From: a candidate division WOR-3 bacterium
GTDB lineage: Bacteria > Hydrothermota > Tepidihabitantia > Tepidihabitantales > JAOUPE01
DNA length: 26,662 nt
NCBI GenBank assembly: GCA_039801565.1
Contig: JBDRUX010000024.1
Coordinates: 1 to 26,662 of the forward strand
Direction of reading: 5' to 3'
A program made the translations under genes and the position numbers. The notes under the pieces were generated by a model. It saw nothing but the letters and a program-made list of their open reading frames with translations. It searched no databases and had not been told where the DNA came from. Positions 15,709 through 24,980 of this stretch are shown here, piece after piece. Position 1 is the first letter of the stretch; every line of letters begins with the position of its first letter.

Positions 15709-17256
15709 ATGGTGTTGTTAATTTTGTCATTTTTAATAATGCAACCCCAAGGACAAGTTATTTGGTCAATTCCTGCTACCGGTGGGATTTATAATGCTGT
15801 GCCGACTGCAGATATGAACCATGACGGTCATCCGGATGTCTTGGCAGCAGTCTATTATGGCGCCTATCCTTCACCACCAATTCGATTGTATTTAGTCTCC
15901 GGTATTGATGGTTCAAATATTTGGACACGGGGTGACTGCCAAGGCACCTGGGGTAATAAGGGCTTAGGAACGATTGATGATATCAGTGGTGATTCGATTC
16001 AGGATTTCCTTTTAGGCACACCTGGTGGTGCTTTTCCCGGTTCAACCGTCTTTGCCATCAATGGTCTTACCGGCAACACAATTTGGAGTTGGTGCACTTA
16101 TACCCAAGGTCCGAATTGGGGCTGGGTCTATACAGTCAAGTCAGCACCCGACCGCAATAATGACGGCTATCCTGAGGCATTGGCTTCAGCGGGTGGTAAT
16201 AGCAATAATCCCAGTGGTACCGCCTTCTGTTTTTCTGGACATACCGGCGAGACCCTTTGGACCTTCCGACCACCCTTAGATGGGGCACAGTGTATTTGTT
16301 CGTTTATTGATGTTAATAACGATACGGTGCCAGAAGTAATTGTTGGGGCTGGTGGTAATGGCTATGATAATCGGGTATTTTGCGTCAATGGTCGAAATGG
16401 ACAACAAATCTGGGCATATAATACCGGCAATTCGGTTTGGGATGTCGAACCATTCTGCGATGCTAATAATAACCAGATTCCAGATGTGATTGCTGGTGGC
16501 TGGAGTGACAAAGTATTCTGTTTGGAAGGAAGCAATAGCAATCTTATTTGGCAAAATGATATCGGTTATGTAGTGATGGAGGTTGTGCCAATAAAAGATG
16601 TCAATAATGACGGTATTGACGATGTGATTGTTGGGTCTTGGTCAAACTCGGTCTATCTTCTTTCCGGCACCGATGGTACTGTACTCTGGTCACAACCGAT
16701 TGGTCAAGATTGCTGGTCAGTTGATACTTTAACTGACGTGACCGGTGATAGAATTCCCGAAGTGATAGTTGGTGCCTTAAACGGTCGGTTGGTCAAAGTG
16801 CTGAATGGTACAAATGGGGAGGTGTTGTGGTCCTATAATTTTGTGGATAGAGTATATGATGTCACTGGCGCACCGGATTTAGATGGCGATGGTTATGCTG
16901 ATGTCTTGGTCAGTCTACAAGACCAAAATAATCAACCGTATCAACTTTATGCTTTTAAGGGAGTGCCAGTTGGAATGGTTGAGGATAATAAAGAGCTAAA
17001 GATTGGCTTATTGTATTCGGTTAGTTATCGAGAAGACGAAGTGATATTGAAACTGAGTGTTCCAAGAGGTGAAGCGGTTGGTTATCAAATATATGATGCT
17101 CTGGGTAGAATAGTTGAACATAACTGGTTTAAGTGTGCGCCGGATGGGGTTAATTACCTTCATATCAAAAAGGCAGGGAAATCAGCTGGAATTTATTTTG
17201 TTCGGATAGCAATCGGTAGGGGAGCAAGTTGGACGGTGAAAATATTTTTAAAATGA
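15709..17256 (+). CDS. Secreted FG-GAP/PQQ-like beta-propeller protein with a T9SS-type C-terminal domain
   Basis: Repeated Ca-binding-like DxNxDG..D loops alternating with G..G..lW motifs. C-terminal IYDALGRIV...SAGIYFVRI. Strong SD. Confidence 0.85.
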   Translation: MVLLILSFLIMQPQGQVIWSIPATGGIYNAVPTADMNHDGHPDVLAAVYYGAYPSPPIRLYLVSGIDGSNIWTRGDCQGTWGNKGLGTIDDISGDSIQDFLLGTPGGAFPGSTVFAINGLTGNTIWSWCTYTQGPNWGWVYTVKSAPDRNNDGYPEALASAGGNSNNPSGTAFCFSGHTGETLWTFRPPLDGAQCICSFIDVNNDTVPEVIVGAGGNGYDNRVFCVNGRNGQQIWAYNTGNSVWDVEPFCDANNNQIPDVIAGGWSDKVFCLEGSNSNLIWQNDIGYVVMEVVPIKDVNNDGIDDVIVGSWSNSVYLLSGTDGTVLWSQPIGQDCWSVDTLTDVTGDRIPEVIVGALNGRLVKVLNGTNGEVLWSYNFVDRVYDVTGAPDLDGDGYADVLVSLQDQNNQPYQLYAFKGVPVGMVEDNKELKIGLLYSVSYREDEVILKLSVPRGEAVGYQIYDALGRIVEHNWFKCAPDGVNYLHIKKAGKSAGIYFVRIAIGRGASWTVKIFLK

Positions 17257-17358
17257 AACCAAAGCCGCAGCCCGTAAATCAGGTCCCTGGAATACCCAAA
17301 AGTTCAAAATTGTCCAAATGGTTCAACGACGCAGAACAGTAGGACAGAATGCAGTGCG

Positions 17359-17387
17359 TTGACAATTGAAGCGAATATTGATATTAT
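17359..17387 (+). promoter_or_regulatory. Putative sigma70 promoter (extended -10) for lysS
   Basis: TTGACA, 17-nt spacer, TGn-TATTAT; 9 nt before ATG 17397. Confidence 0.6.
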
Positions 17388-17396
17388 GAAGATTCG

Positions 17397-18920
17397 ATGA
17401 ATGAAGAATTAGCCAAAGAGCGCGAAATCAAATTGAAGAAGGTGGCGCAACTACGTTCATTGGGAATTTGTCCCTACCCTTATCGTTTTCAACGAACCCA
17501 TCTCGCTTCAGAAGTGACTGAAAATTTCGCTAAGTTGGAAAAGGAATCGGTGCGAGTTGCGGGTCGCTTGATTGCCAAACGTGAACACGGCAAAACCATT
17601 TTCGGTCATTTAACCGATATCTCAGGCAAGATTCAAATCTATTTGCGACAAGACTGCTTAGGCGAGCGATTTAACCTCTTAGACTTATTAGACGTTGGTG
17701 ACTGGGTTGGCGTTGAAGGTGAAGTATTCAAAACCAAGACCGGTGAGATAACGGTCTTAGTAAAATCATTTGAGATTTTGGCAAAAGCCCTGCGCCCAAT
17801 GCCCGAAAAATGGCATGGCTTGAAAGATATTGAGACCAGATACCGGTTTCGGTATTTAGATTTGATTGCCAACCCCCAAGCCAAAGAAATATTCCTGACC
17901 CGAACAAAAATTATTAATCTAATTCGGCAGTTTTTGAACGAAAGGGGATTTGTCGAAGTTGAGACACCAGTGTTACAACCCATTTACGGCGGCGCTGCGG
18001 CTAAACCTTTCCAAACCTTCTACCACGCCTTAGACCAAAATATGTTTTTAAGAATATCGGACGAACTCTATTTGAAACGGTTAATTATTGGTGGCATTGA
18101 TAAAGTCTATGAGATTGGCAAAGACTTCCGCAACGAAGGGATTGACCGATTCCACAATCCGGAATTCACCCAAGTCGAAATCTATGAGGCTTATGCCGAT
18201 TATAATGATATGATGCGATTAGTAGAAGAGTTGTTTAAGTTTATCGCCTTAAATTTATACGGCAAGACTAACTTTGTTTATCGGATGAAAAAGGTGAAGC
18301 GTGTTTGGGATTGTAAGAAAAATACTTTTGTGGATGAGATTTATTATGAAGATAAGAATATTGATTTGGCAAAATCCTGGCGCCGGTTGAAATTTGTCGA
18401 TGCCTTGCAAGAGAAATTAGGTGAAAACCCATTAGGTCATTCCTTGGCATCGTTAAAAAAATTGGGCGAAAAGTTCGGAATTGCGACCGAAGGGATTCAT
18501 TCACTCAGTAAGATGCTGGATAAACTCTTCTCGGAACTTATCCAGGATGATATTGTTGAGCCAACTTTTGTTTGCGATCATCCGCAAGTGACGACACCTT
18601 TAGCTAAGACACATCGTAATAATCCGGAATTGGTTGAACGGTTTGAACCAATTATTTGTGGTATTGAATTGGGCAACGCCTTTTCAGAGTTGACCGACCC
18701 TGTTGAACAGCGTCAACGTTTTGAAACGAGTATCAAAATGAATGAAGAGTATGCAACATTGGATGAAGACTTTATTGCTGCCTTAGAATACGGAATGCCG
18801 CCTTGTGGCGGTTTGGGTTTAGGTATTGACCGGATGGTGATGCTTTTTACTAATACCGAATCAATCCGAGATGTGATTTTATTTCCGCAACTCCGCTTGG
18901 TTCCTGATGAGTCGAAATAA
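17397..18920 (+). CDS. lysS: Lysine--tRNA ligase, class II
   Basis: N-terminal OB anticodon-binding domain (VAGRL...HGK..F...D..G.IQ.Y), PEKWHGL.D.E.RYR.RYLDLI, FVEVETP, FRNEG....HNPEFT, ELGNAFSELTDP.EQ and GMPP.GGLGLGIDR. Confidence 0.97.
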   Translation: MNEELAKEREIKLKKVAQLRSLGICPYPYRFQRTHLASEVTENFAKLEKESVRVAGRLIAKREHGKTIFGHLTDISGKIQIYLRQDCLGERFNLLDLLDVGDWVGVEGEVFKTKTGEITVLVKSFEILAKALRPMPEKWHGLKDIETRYRFRYLDLIANPQAKEIFLTRTKIINLIRQFLNERGFVEVETPVLQPIYGGAAAKPFQTFYHALDQNMFLRISDELYLKRLIIGGIDKVYEIGKDFRNEGIDRFHNPEFTQVEIYEAYADYNDMMRLVEELFKFIALNLYGKTNFVYRMKKVKRVWDCKKNTFVDEIYYEDKNIDLAKSWRRLKFVDALQEKLGENPLGHSLASLKKLGEKFGIATEGIHSLSKMLDKLFSELIQDDIVEPTFVCDHPQVTTPLAKTHRNNPELVERFEPIICGIELGNAFSELTDPVEQRQRFETSIKMNEEYATLDEDFIAALEYGMPPCGGLGLGIDRMVMLFTNTESIRDVILFPQLRLVPDESK

Positions 18921-19030
18921 ACATTTAATGTTGTCGTCCAAGGACTTGGTGCAGCTTACGAAATGCAGTAAGGATTTTTGTTTAATTGGTGCAAAAAAAA
19001 TACGGCAAGTGGATAACGGCTAACGTTTTT

Positions 19031-20233
19031 ATGTTTGAGTTCTTTATCGCCCGGCGCTATCTTCTATCCCGCAGTGGTAAGTTCCTGTCCGCCACATCTA
19101 TCATTGCTATCAGCGGTGTTTTCGTTGGGGTCGCAGCAATTCTTATTGTCCTATCGGTTCTAAATGGATTTCATCGGGAATTGCGTGATCGAATCTTAGG
19201 TATTACCCCCCATATTGTGATTACTAAATACTCTTACGAGCCAATGACAATTTCGGATTCATTAACCAATAAGATTAAAGATCGAGTTTTAAACTTTGCC
19301 CCTTTTCTTTATGCCAAGACCATAATCCGTTACAAGAATGCTAGTGACGGGGTAGTGATAAGAGGGATTGACCCTGAAGCGGAGAAAAAAGTGACCGATA
19401 TTGCGAAGATGATTGTCCAAGGTGAATTCGATTTTCAGAACGGTGGCGTGGTTTTAGGCTTAGATTTAGCCCGGAACTTAGGTGTTACGATCGGTGATGA
19501 AGTGACAATAATCTCGCCATTCCAAAGTCTTGCTACCCCCTTAGGAATGGTCCCGAAAAGTCAAAAGTTCGCGGTGCGGGGAATATTCGATTCTGGGATG
19601 TATGAGCATAATGCCACCCTGGTCTATCTTGACTTAAAAGAGCTACAGGGTTTTTTAGGCACTGGTGATGGCGTCACCGGAATTGAAGCAAGACTTTCTA
19701 ATATCTACCAAGCCGGCAGGGTGGCACAAGAATTGACTCGAATCTTAGGTTTTCCTTATCGGGCATTGGATTGGATTCAAATGAATCGCAACCTCTTCAC
19801 TGCTTTGCGATTAGAAAAAGTCGTCACCTTTATCGTTTTAGTCTTAATCGTTTTGGTGGCAGCCTTTAATATCATTGCAATGTTGATTACAATGGTCTTA
19901 CGCAAAACTAAAGAGATCGGAATCTTAAAGGCGATGGGCACCAAACCGAAAAGCATCGTGAAAATCTTTATTGGTGTCGGACTTCTTATCGGAGTGATTG
20001 GAACCGCTCTGGGTGTGCTTTTTGGTTTTATCACCTCATTACTTTTGAATAAATACCGATTCGTTCAACTGCCCGGAGATGTCTATTTCATTAAAAATCT
20101 ACCAGTTCAGATGCAACTGTCTGATTTCATTTTAGTGGTTGGCTGTTCTTTGCTCATTTCACTTCTGGCAACAATTTATCCGGCATATAAGGCAGCCCGA
20201 TTGGTACCAGTGGAAGCGATTCGGTATGAGTAA
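19031..20233 (+). CDS. lolE: Lipoprotein-releasing ABC transporter permease (LolC/E family)
   Basis: FIARRYL, VLSVLNGF..EL..RILG..PH, LF.AL.LEK, VAAFNI, EIGILKAMG and PA.KAA.L.PVEAIRYE. ATG at 19031 is preferred. It is a single permease gene, so the lolC/E assignment is nominal. Confidence 0.9.
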   Translation: MFEFFIARRYLLSRSGKFLSATSIIAISGVFVGVAAILIVLSVLNGFHRELRDRILGITPHIVITKYSYEPMTISDSLTNKIKDRVLNFAPFLYAKTIIRYKNASDGVVIRGIDPEAEKKVTDIAKMIVQGEFDFQNGGVVLGLDLARNLGVTIGDEVTIISPFQSLATPLGMVPKSQKFAVRGIFDSGMYEHNATLVYLDLKELQGFLGTGDGVTGIEARLSNIYQAGRVAQELTRILGFPYRALDWIQMNRNLFTALRLEKVVTFIVLVLIVLVAAFNIIAMLITMVLRKTKEIGILKAMGTKPKSIVKIFIGVGLLIGVIGTALGVLFGFITSLLLNKYRFVQLPGDVYFIKNLPVQMQLSDFILVVGCSLLISLLATIYPAYKAARLVPVEAIRYE

Positions 20234-20921
20234 TCATCCAGGTTCGCCAGTAATTGAAGCGCGAAATATCCACAAAGTCTTCGAACTCGGTGCCGAACGT
20301 TTAGTAGTTTTAGCCGGGATTGATTTGGCAGTGCCAGCTGGCGCGATGATTGGACTTTTAGGACCATCGGGTTCAGGAAAGAGTACTTTACTCAATATCT
20401 TGGGTGGTTTAGACCGACCAACCGCGGGTACAGTTATCTTAGATTCGACCGAACTCTTTGTCCACTCCGATATTGAACTTTCCGAAATCCGCAACAAGAA
20501 GATTGGCTTCATCTTCCAGTTTCATCACCTTTTGCCCGAGTTTAATGTTTTAGAGAATACCATTATGCCCTTATTAATTGCTGGCATTTCCAGGCGGCAA
20601 GCGGAAAAGAAAGGTATGGCGCTATTAGCCGAACTTGATTTTCTAGACCGGTTGCATCACAAACCAGCCCAGCTTTCGGGTGGTGAGAAACAGAAGGTTG
20701 CGGTCGCCCGGGCATTGGTTAATGACCCGCTCTTGGTTTTAGCTGATGAGCCGACCGGTAATCTTGACCGCAATTCGGCCGAAATGTTACTTTGCCTCTT
20801 ACAAAAATTGAACCAAACCCGAAAAGTGACAATGGTAATTGTAACCCATAATGAAATGGTTGCTAATTTCGTGCATAAACGATATTATTTAAGGGATGGG
20901 AAATTAAATGAAACTCTGTGA
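20226..20921 (+). CDS. lolD: Lipoprotein-releasing ABC transporter ATPase
   Basis: Walker A GPSGSGKST, GFIFQFHHLLPEF, LSGGEKQ, LADEPTGNLD. ATG at 20226 overlaps the permease stop. Confidence 0.92.
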   Translation: MSNHPGSPVIEARNIHKVFELGAERLVVLAGIDLAVPAGAMIGLLGPSGSGKSTLLNILGGLDRPTAGTVILDSTELFVHSDIELSEIRNKKIGFIFQFHHLLPEFNVLENTIMPLLIAGISRRQAEKKGMALLAELDFLDRLHHKPAQLSGGEKQKVAVARALVNDPLLVLADEPTGNLDRNSAEMLLCLLQKLNQTRKVTMVIVTHNEMVANFVHKRYYLRDGKLNETL

Positions 20922-21408
20922 TTTTTGTCAAAAAAATGAAGCCTCGATTACCGTGACACGCGTGGATAAGGACGGCAAAAGCACTGAACTGCATCTCTGT
21001 GCCAAATGTGCTAGCCAAAAGGGGATTGGCGATATTGTCAAACCCCATCTATCAATAGTTGAAATCTTAGCAGAATTGAAAGCTAAGATAAAAGATGAAG
21101 ACCGGAAATTGGTTTGTCCAAATTGTAAACTATCTTATGCCGATTTCAAGCGGTTCGGTCGTTTAGGTTGTGGGGTCTGTTACGAAGCCTTTGCTCCACG
21201 CCTTTTGCCTTTAATCAAAAGGATGCACGGCAGCGTGAAACATATTGGGCGCAAACCCGCAGTTGGTCAAAAGGTGGCGGAAATCAAATTTGAGGTGAAG
21301 CGCTTGCGTGATGAATTAAAAAAAGCAATTGCCGCCGAGGATTACGAAAAAGCCGCGCAGATCCGAGACCGAATAAAACAAGTTGAAGAAAGCAAAGACC
21401 GACAATGA
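20908..21408 (+). CDS. mcsA: McsA, activator of protein arginine kinase
   Basis: Four CxxC motifs (CDFC, CAKC, CPNC, CGVC), GRLGC..CY..F, H.G..P and a C-terminal UVR domain (AIAAEDYEKAAQIRD). Confidence 0.93.
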   Translation: MKLCDFCQKNEASITVTRVDKDGKSTELHLCAKCASQKGIGDIVKPHLSIVEILAELKAKIKDEDRKLVCPNCKLSYADFKRFGRLGCGVCYEAFAPRLLPLIKRMHGSVKHIGRKPAVGQKVAEIKFEVKRLRDELKKAIAAEDYEKAAQIRDRIKQVEESKDRQ

Positions 21409-22448
21409 TTGCCAAGTGGCTTGATAGTAGTGGTGCGCAATCCGATGTCGTCATATCCAATCGGCTCCGCCTTGCCCGGAATCTGAAGGGCTTCCCCTTT
21501 GCCATTAAAACTACTAAATCCGACCAAGAAAGAATCATAACCTTAGTCAATTATGCCTTAGAAGACTTAAACCGTTTAAAGACCGGTCGGTTCTTAACCC
21601 AACACGAACTAACTCCTCTGGTAATTCAATCTTTATTAGAAAGGCATTTAATTTCCCCGGACTTCGCTGTCTGTAAACAGCAGCGCGCAGTGTTCATTAA
21701 TAATGACGAGACCGAAAGTTTAATGATTAACGAAGAAGACCATATTCGTTATCAAGTTTTAGCATCGGGTTTAGATTTCAAGACAAGTCTGGCACGAATT
21801 AATGACTTTGATGACCAGATGGCGAAAGAAGTAGAATTTGCTTATTCCGAAGAATTAGGTTTTCTAACCGCTTGTCCCAGTAATGTTGGCACTGGCTTAC
21901 GAGCATCAGTTCTGGTTCATTTGCCAGGTTTAGTTTTAACCAAAGAGATTGAGAAGGTCTTGCGCGGCATTCTTCAGATTGGTTTAGCCGTGCGTGGCTT
22001 ATACGGCGAAGGAACCGAAACTAAAGGGAATTTCTTTCAGGTCTCCAACCAACAAAGTTTAGGTCGCTCTGAGACCGAGATTGTGGAAGTGATTGAAAAA
22101 GCGGTGCGCCAAATTATTAACTACGAACGCAAGGCACGCGACTACCTCTATCGCAATGCTCGTATCGAAATCGAGGATAAAATCTACCGCGCCCAAGCTA
22201 TCCTGCAGAATGCGCGAATTATAACCAGTGAAGAGGCGATCAATCTTTTAGCAGTCTTACGGTTCGGTGTCACACTCGGGGTCATCAGCGATATTAGTTT
22301 AAAGACGATTAATGAACTTTTGATTCTGACCAAGCCAGCCTCGCTCCAACTTTACTACCATAAGGAGATGGCCCCAGAAGAACGGGATGAGAAACGAGCC
22401 ACCTTACTGCGCACTCGCTTGGGTAGAAAGGTTGACAAAAGTGAATAA
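21405..22448 (+). CDS. mcsB: Protein arginine kinase McsB
   Basis: R.RLARNL..FPF, ERHLISP, NEEDH.R.Q, TACPSNVGTGLRASV.VHLP, RGLYGEG and FQVSNQ.SLG. Confidence 0.95.
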   Translation: MIAKWLDSSGAQSDVVISNRLRLARNLKGFPFAIKTTKSDQERIITLVNYALEDLNRLKTGRFLTQHELTPLVIQSLLERHLISPDFAVCKQQRAVFINNDETESLMINEEDHIRYQVLASGLDFKTSLARINDFDDQMAKEVEFAYSEELGFLTACPSNVGTGLRASVLVHLPGLVLTKEIEKVLRGILQIGLAVRGLYGEGTETKGNFFQVSNQQSLGRSETEIVEVIEKAVRQIINYERKARDYLYRNARIEIEDKIYRAQAILQNARIITSEEAINLLAVLRFGVTLGVISDISLKTINELLILTKPASLQLYYHKEMAPEERDEKRATLLRTRLGRKVDKSE

Positions 22449-23838
22449 TCAATCCGAACGGCTGCGTAGTCTACCCTCAGTGGAAAAGGTACTGAGTGAC
22501 GAAAGACTTTCACCGTGGTTAGAAAAATTACCGCGGCGCCTTGTCATCCGCACGATTCGAGATTATCTTGAAAAATTACGTGTCGGGATAATGGCGGGTT
22601 CGGATTTGACATTCGAATTTGCTGAACTCTTAACAATGTTAGGACGGCAATCCCGGCCTTCTTTAAAAAGAGCAATTAATGGTTTGGGTGTCGTCCTCCA
22701 TACTGGTTTGGGTCGGGCGCCATTGAGTAAAACCGCGCAAGCCGCCTTGGTCGAGATAACTGAGAACTTTTGTAATTTGGCAATTGACTTAACCACGGGT
22801 CGACGTGGCGACCGCTATTCCCATATCGAAAATCTCTTGTGCGAACTTACCGGTGCTGAAGCGGCAATGGTCGTCAATAACAATGCCGCTGCAACCTTAC
22901 TGGTATTAAATACCTTAGCAGCAAATCGGGAGGTGATAATCTCACGTGGCCAATTGGTTGAGATTGGTGGTGCATTTCGGCTACCCGATGTGATGAAACG
23001 GAGCGGCGCAATAATGGTCGAAGTCGGCACAACTAATCGCACTCACCTTAAAGATTACGAATCCGCAATTACCGAAAGAACTGCAATGCTATTACGAGTT
23101 CATATGTCTAATTATCGCATCATCGGCTTTGTGAAAGAAGTGCCATTAGCCGATTTGGTATCTTTAGGCAAAAAGTATCAAATCCCAGTAGTTGATGACT
23201 TGGGTAGTGGCGCATTGATTGATTTATCAAAGTTTGGCCTACCCAAAGAGCCGATGGTCCAAGAAAGTATTAAAACCGGCGCGGATGTCGTTCTTTTCAG
23301 TGGCGACAAATTGATTGGCGGGCCCCAAGCCGGGATAATTGTTGGGAAAAAGCACCATATTGACCTAATGAAAAAAAATCCATTAACCCGTGCCCTGCGT
23401 TGTGGCAAATTGACCTATGCAGCCTTAGAAGCGACCTTAAGACTTTTCTTAGATGAAGTTAAGTTATTAAAGGAACACGCCTTAATGCAGATACTGTTAA
23501 AACCTTTAAAAGAAATGGAAAAAGAGGCAAAATTATTAAAAAGACGCTTACAAGCTTTACTCGGCGATAAAATTGAATTAACGGTTCGTGACGATTTGGC
23601 CGAAGTCGGTGGCGGTTCGTTAGCCACTTTTAGCCTGCCCACTAAAGTCTTGGCAATTCGTCCCAAATCAATTGCCGTCGTCGAATTGGCAAAAAGATTA
23701 CGGTTCTACGACCCACCAATCTTTGGTCGAATTGAACAGGACGAACTCTTATTAGATTTTCGGACAATTCGAAACGATGAGATTGCAATAATTGTGAAAG
23801 GGCTGAAAGATTGCCTCGCGGAACGGTTATTATTCTAA
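22441..23838 (+). CDS. selA: L-seryl-tRNA(Sec) selenium transferase (selenocysteine synthase)
   Basis: LR.LPSV, IN..GVVLHT.LGRAPL, VNNNAAA, SRGQLVEIGG.FR.PDVM, EVGTTNRT, DLGSG, FSGDKL.GGPQAG (PLP lysine) and LLLDFRT. GTG start at 22441 overlaps the mcsB stop. Confidence 0.97.
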   Translation: MNNQSERLRSLPSVEKVLSDERLSPWLEKLPRRLVIRTIRDYLEKLRVGIMAGSDLTFEFAELLTMLGRQSRPSLKRAINGLGVVLHTGLGRAPLSKTAQAALVEITENFCNLAIDLTTGRRGDRYSHIENLLCELTGAEAAMVVNNNAAATLLVLNTLAANREVIISRGQLVEIGGAFRLPDVMKRSGAIMVEVGTTNRTHLKDYESAITERTAMLLRVHMSNYRIIGFVKEVPLADLVSLGKKYQIPVVDDLGSGALIDLSKFGLPKEPMVQESIKTGADVVLFSGDKLIGGPQAGIIVGKKHHIDLMKKNPLTRALRCGKLTYAALEATLRLFLDEVKLLKEHALMQILLKPLKEMEKEAKLLKRRLQALLGDKIELTVRDDLAEVGGGSLATFSLPTKVLAIRPKSIAVVELAKRLRFYDPPIFGRIEQDELLLDFRTIRNDEIAIIVKGLKDCLAERLLF

Positions 23839-24249
23839 TTCCAATTCAACATCAAATTCTTTAAGCCAAGTCCTAATATAATTCAAAACGGCATTACGCT
23901 TAAATTCTAACCAATGTTCTTTCTCTTCTGGATATTTCTCAATACAAGTTCGGAAATTGCGGAATGCCCCCTTCTTGGTTAAAGCGGCTTTTAATTCCTG
24001 GCGAATTTTTGGCTTGGGCACAGTCTCAATATAATCCTTCATAATTTGAAAACTGTTTTTGGTAGTAAGTGGTTTTATCTTAATATATCTATTTGGTTCT
24101 CTTTTAATTTCTTCTAATACCCGTTTACGGTTAAAGACAAAGACCGGCATAATTTCCCCCGTTTCCAGATTGAGATAATGGGTAGTCTCCGGCATCCGGT
24201 TTTCAAAGGCAAAAAACAGATCCTTTTGGTCAACCTTTAATTTCTTCAC
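23830..24249 (-). CDS. UPF0158-family protein
   Basis: YLNLETGEI, F.IM.DY, L..AL..KGAFRNFR, W..F and I..WL. Its 3' end overlaps the selA 3' end by 9 nt. Confidence 0.85.
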   Translation of the reverse strand: MKKLKVDQKDLFFAFENRMPETTHYLNLETGEIMPVFVFNRKRVLEEIKREPNRYIKIKPLTTKNSFQIMKDYIETVPKPKIRQELKAALTKKGAFRNFRTCIEKYPEEKEHWLEFKRNAVLNYIRTWLKEFDVELELE

Positions 24250-24260
24250 GAGGATAAAAA

Positions 24261-24289
24261 AATATACTTAAGCGTTGCTAAATAGTCAA
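24261..24289 (-). promoter_or_regulatory. Putative sigma70 promoter for the UPF0158 gene
   Basis: TTGACT (24289-24284), 17-nt spacer, TATATT (24266-24261). Confidence 0.55.
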
Positions 24290-24381
24290 GAAGCGGTGGC
24301 TCTTTTAAACTTAGGAAAGCAACTTGCCATATTTACGAGCAATAAGCATAATTCGTCAAGAATTCGTTGTTCTAAATAGAT

Positions 24382-24969
24382 TTATCTTTTAATCAAGCCG
24401 TTAGTAATTTCAATCAACTGTTCAACCACTGAAACTGGGTCTTCGCCAACTAAGACAAAGAGTGGTTCTTTTCCCCACCCTTCGGTCTCATAAAAAATTC
24501 TTGGCACTTCCCCTTCACAATTTTCGACCAAAGTCTTTACCTTCCACGGTATTGACATTCCGTTTTCCTCTCGAATGCTTATCGGTTCTTGGGTACGGTC
24601 AATTTTACCAAGTTTAATCTTTCGTTCGGCACAATACTCAACGATATAAGAAAAAATCTTTTCGTCATATTTAAAATTGACACCAGCCCGCAGTTTTGGG
24701 TTATATTTGGCAATCTCAATTAAAAGGCGTGCCATATGGTCAGAAGCACCAAACTCGGCTTCACCAGCGGCTTTTAGACATCCTTTCACTACTGTAATCC
24801 TGCCATCAATCGCTGCCACATCTTCAGTCGTTTTTGGGTTCGGTAGTGCATAAACTAAATTCATTCTAACTTCTGGCATCAAGACACTACATTGCCGACA
24901 CTTTTGTAAAATCCGAAGCGCTTCGTTCAACTCTTCTAAGACCGTAATCCTTTCTTCTTCCTGCCCCAT
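24382..24969 (-). CDS. thiN: Stand-alone archaeal-type thiamine-phosphate synthase domain (ThiN/ThiP_synth family)
   Basis: PEVRMNLVYALP, DVAAIDGRI, FGASDHMAR.L, R.GVNFKY, DR..EP and GWGKEP. AAGGAG SD. The symbol refers to the archaeal synthase, not thiamine pyrophosphokinase. Confidence 0.85.
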   Translation of the reverse strand: MGQEEERITVLEELNEALRILQKCRQCSVLMPEVRMNLVYALPNPKTTEDVAAIDGRITVVKGCLKAAGEAEFGASDHMARLLIEIAKYNPKLRAGVNFKYDEKIFSYIVEYCAERKIKLGKIDRTQEPISIREENGMSIPWKVKTLVENCEGEVPRIFYETEGWGKEPLFVLVGEDPVSVVEQLIEITNGLIKR

Positions 24970-24980
24970 TCTTACTCCTT

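Noticed and set aside
17397..18920. EF-P lysyl ligase EpmA/GenX
   Set aside because: It is full length with the OB anticodon-binding domain, so it is a genuine LysS.
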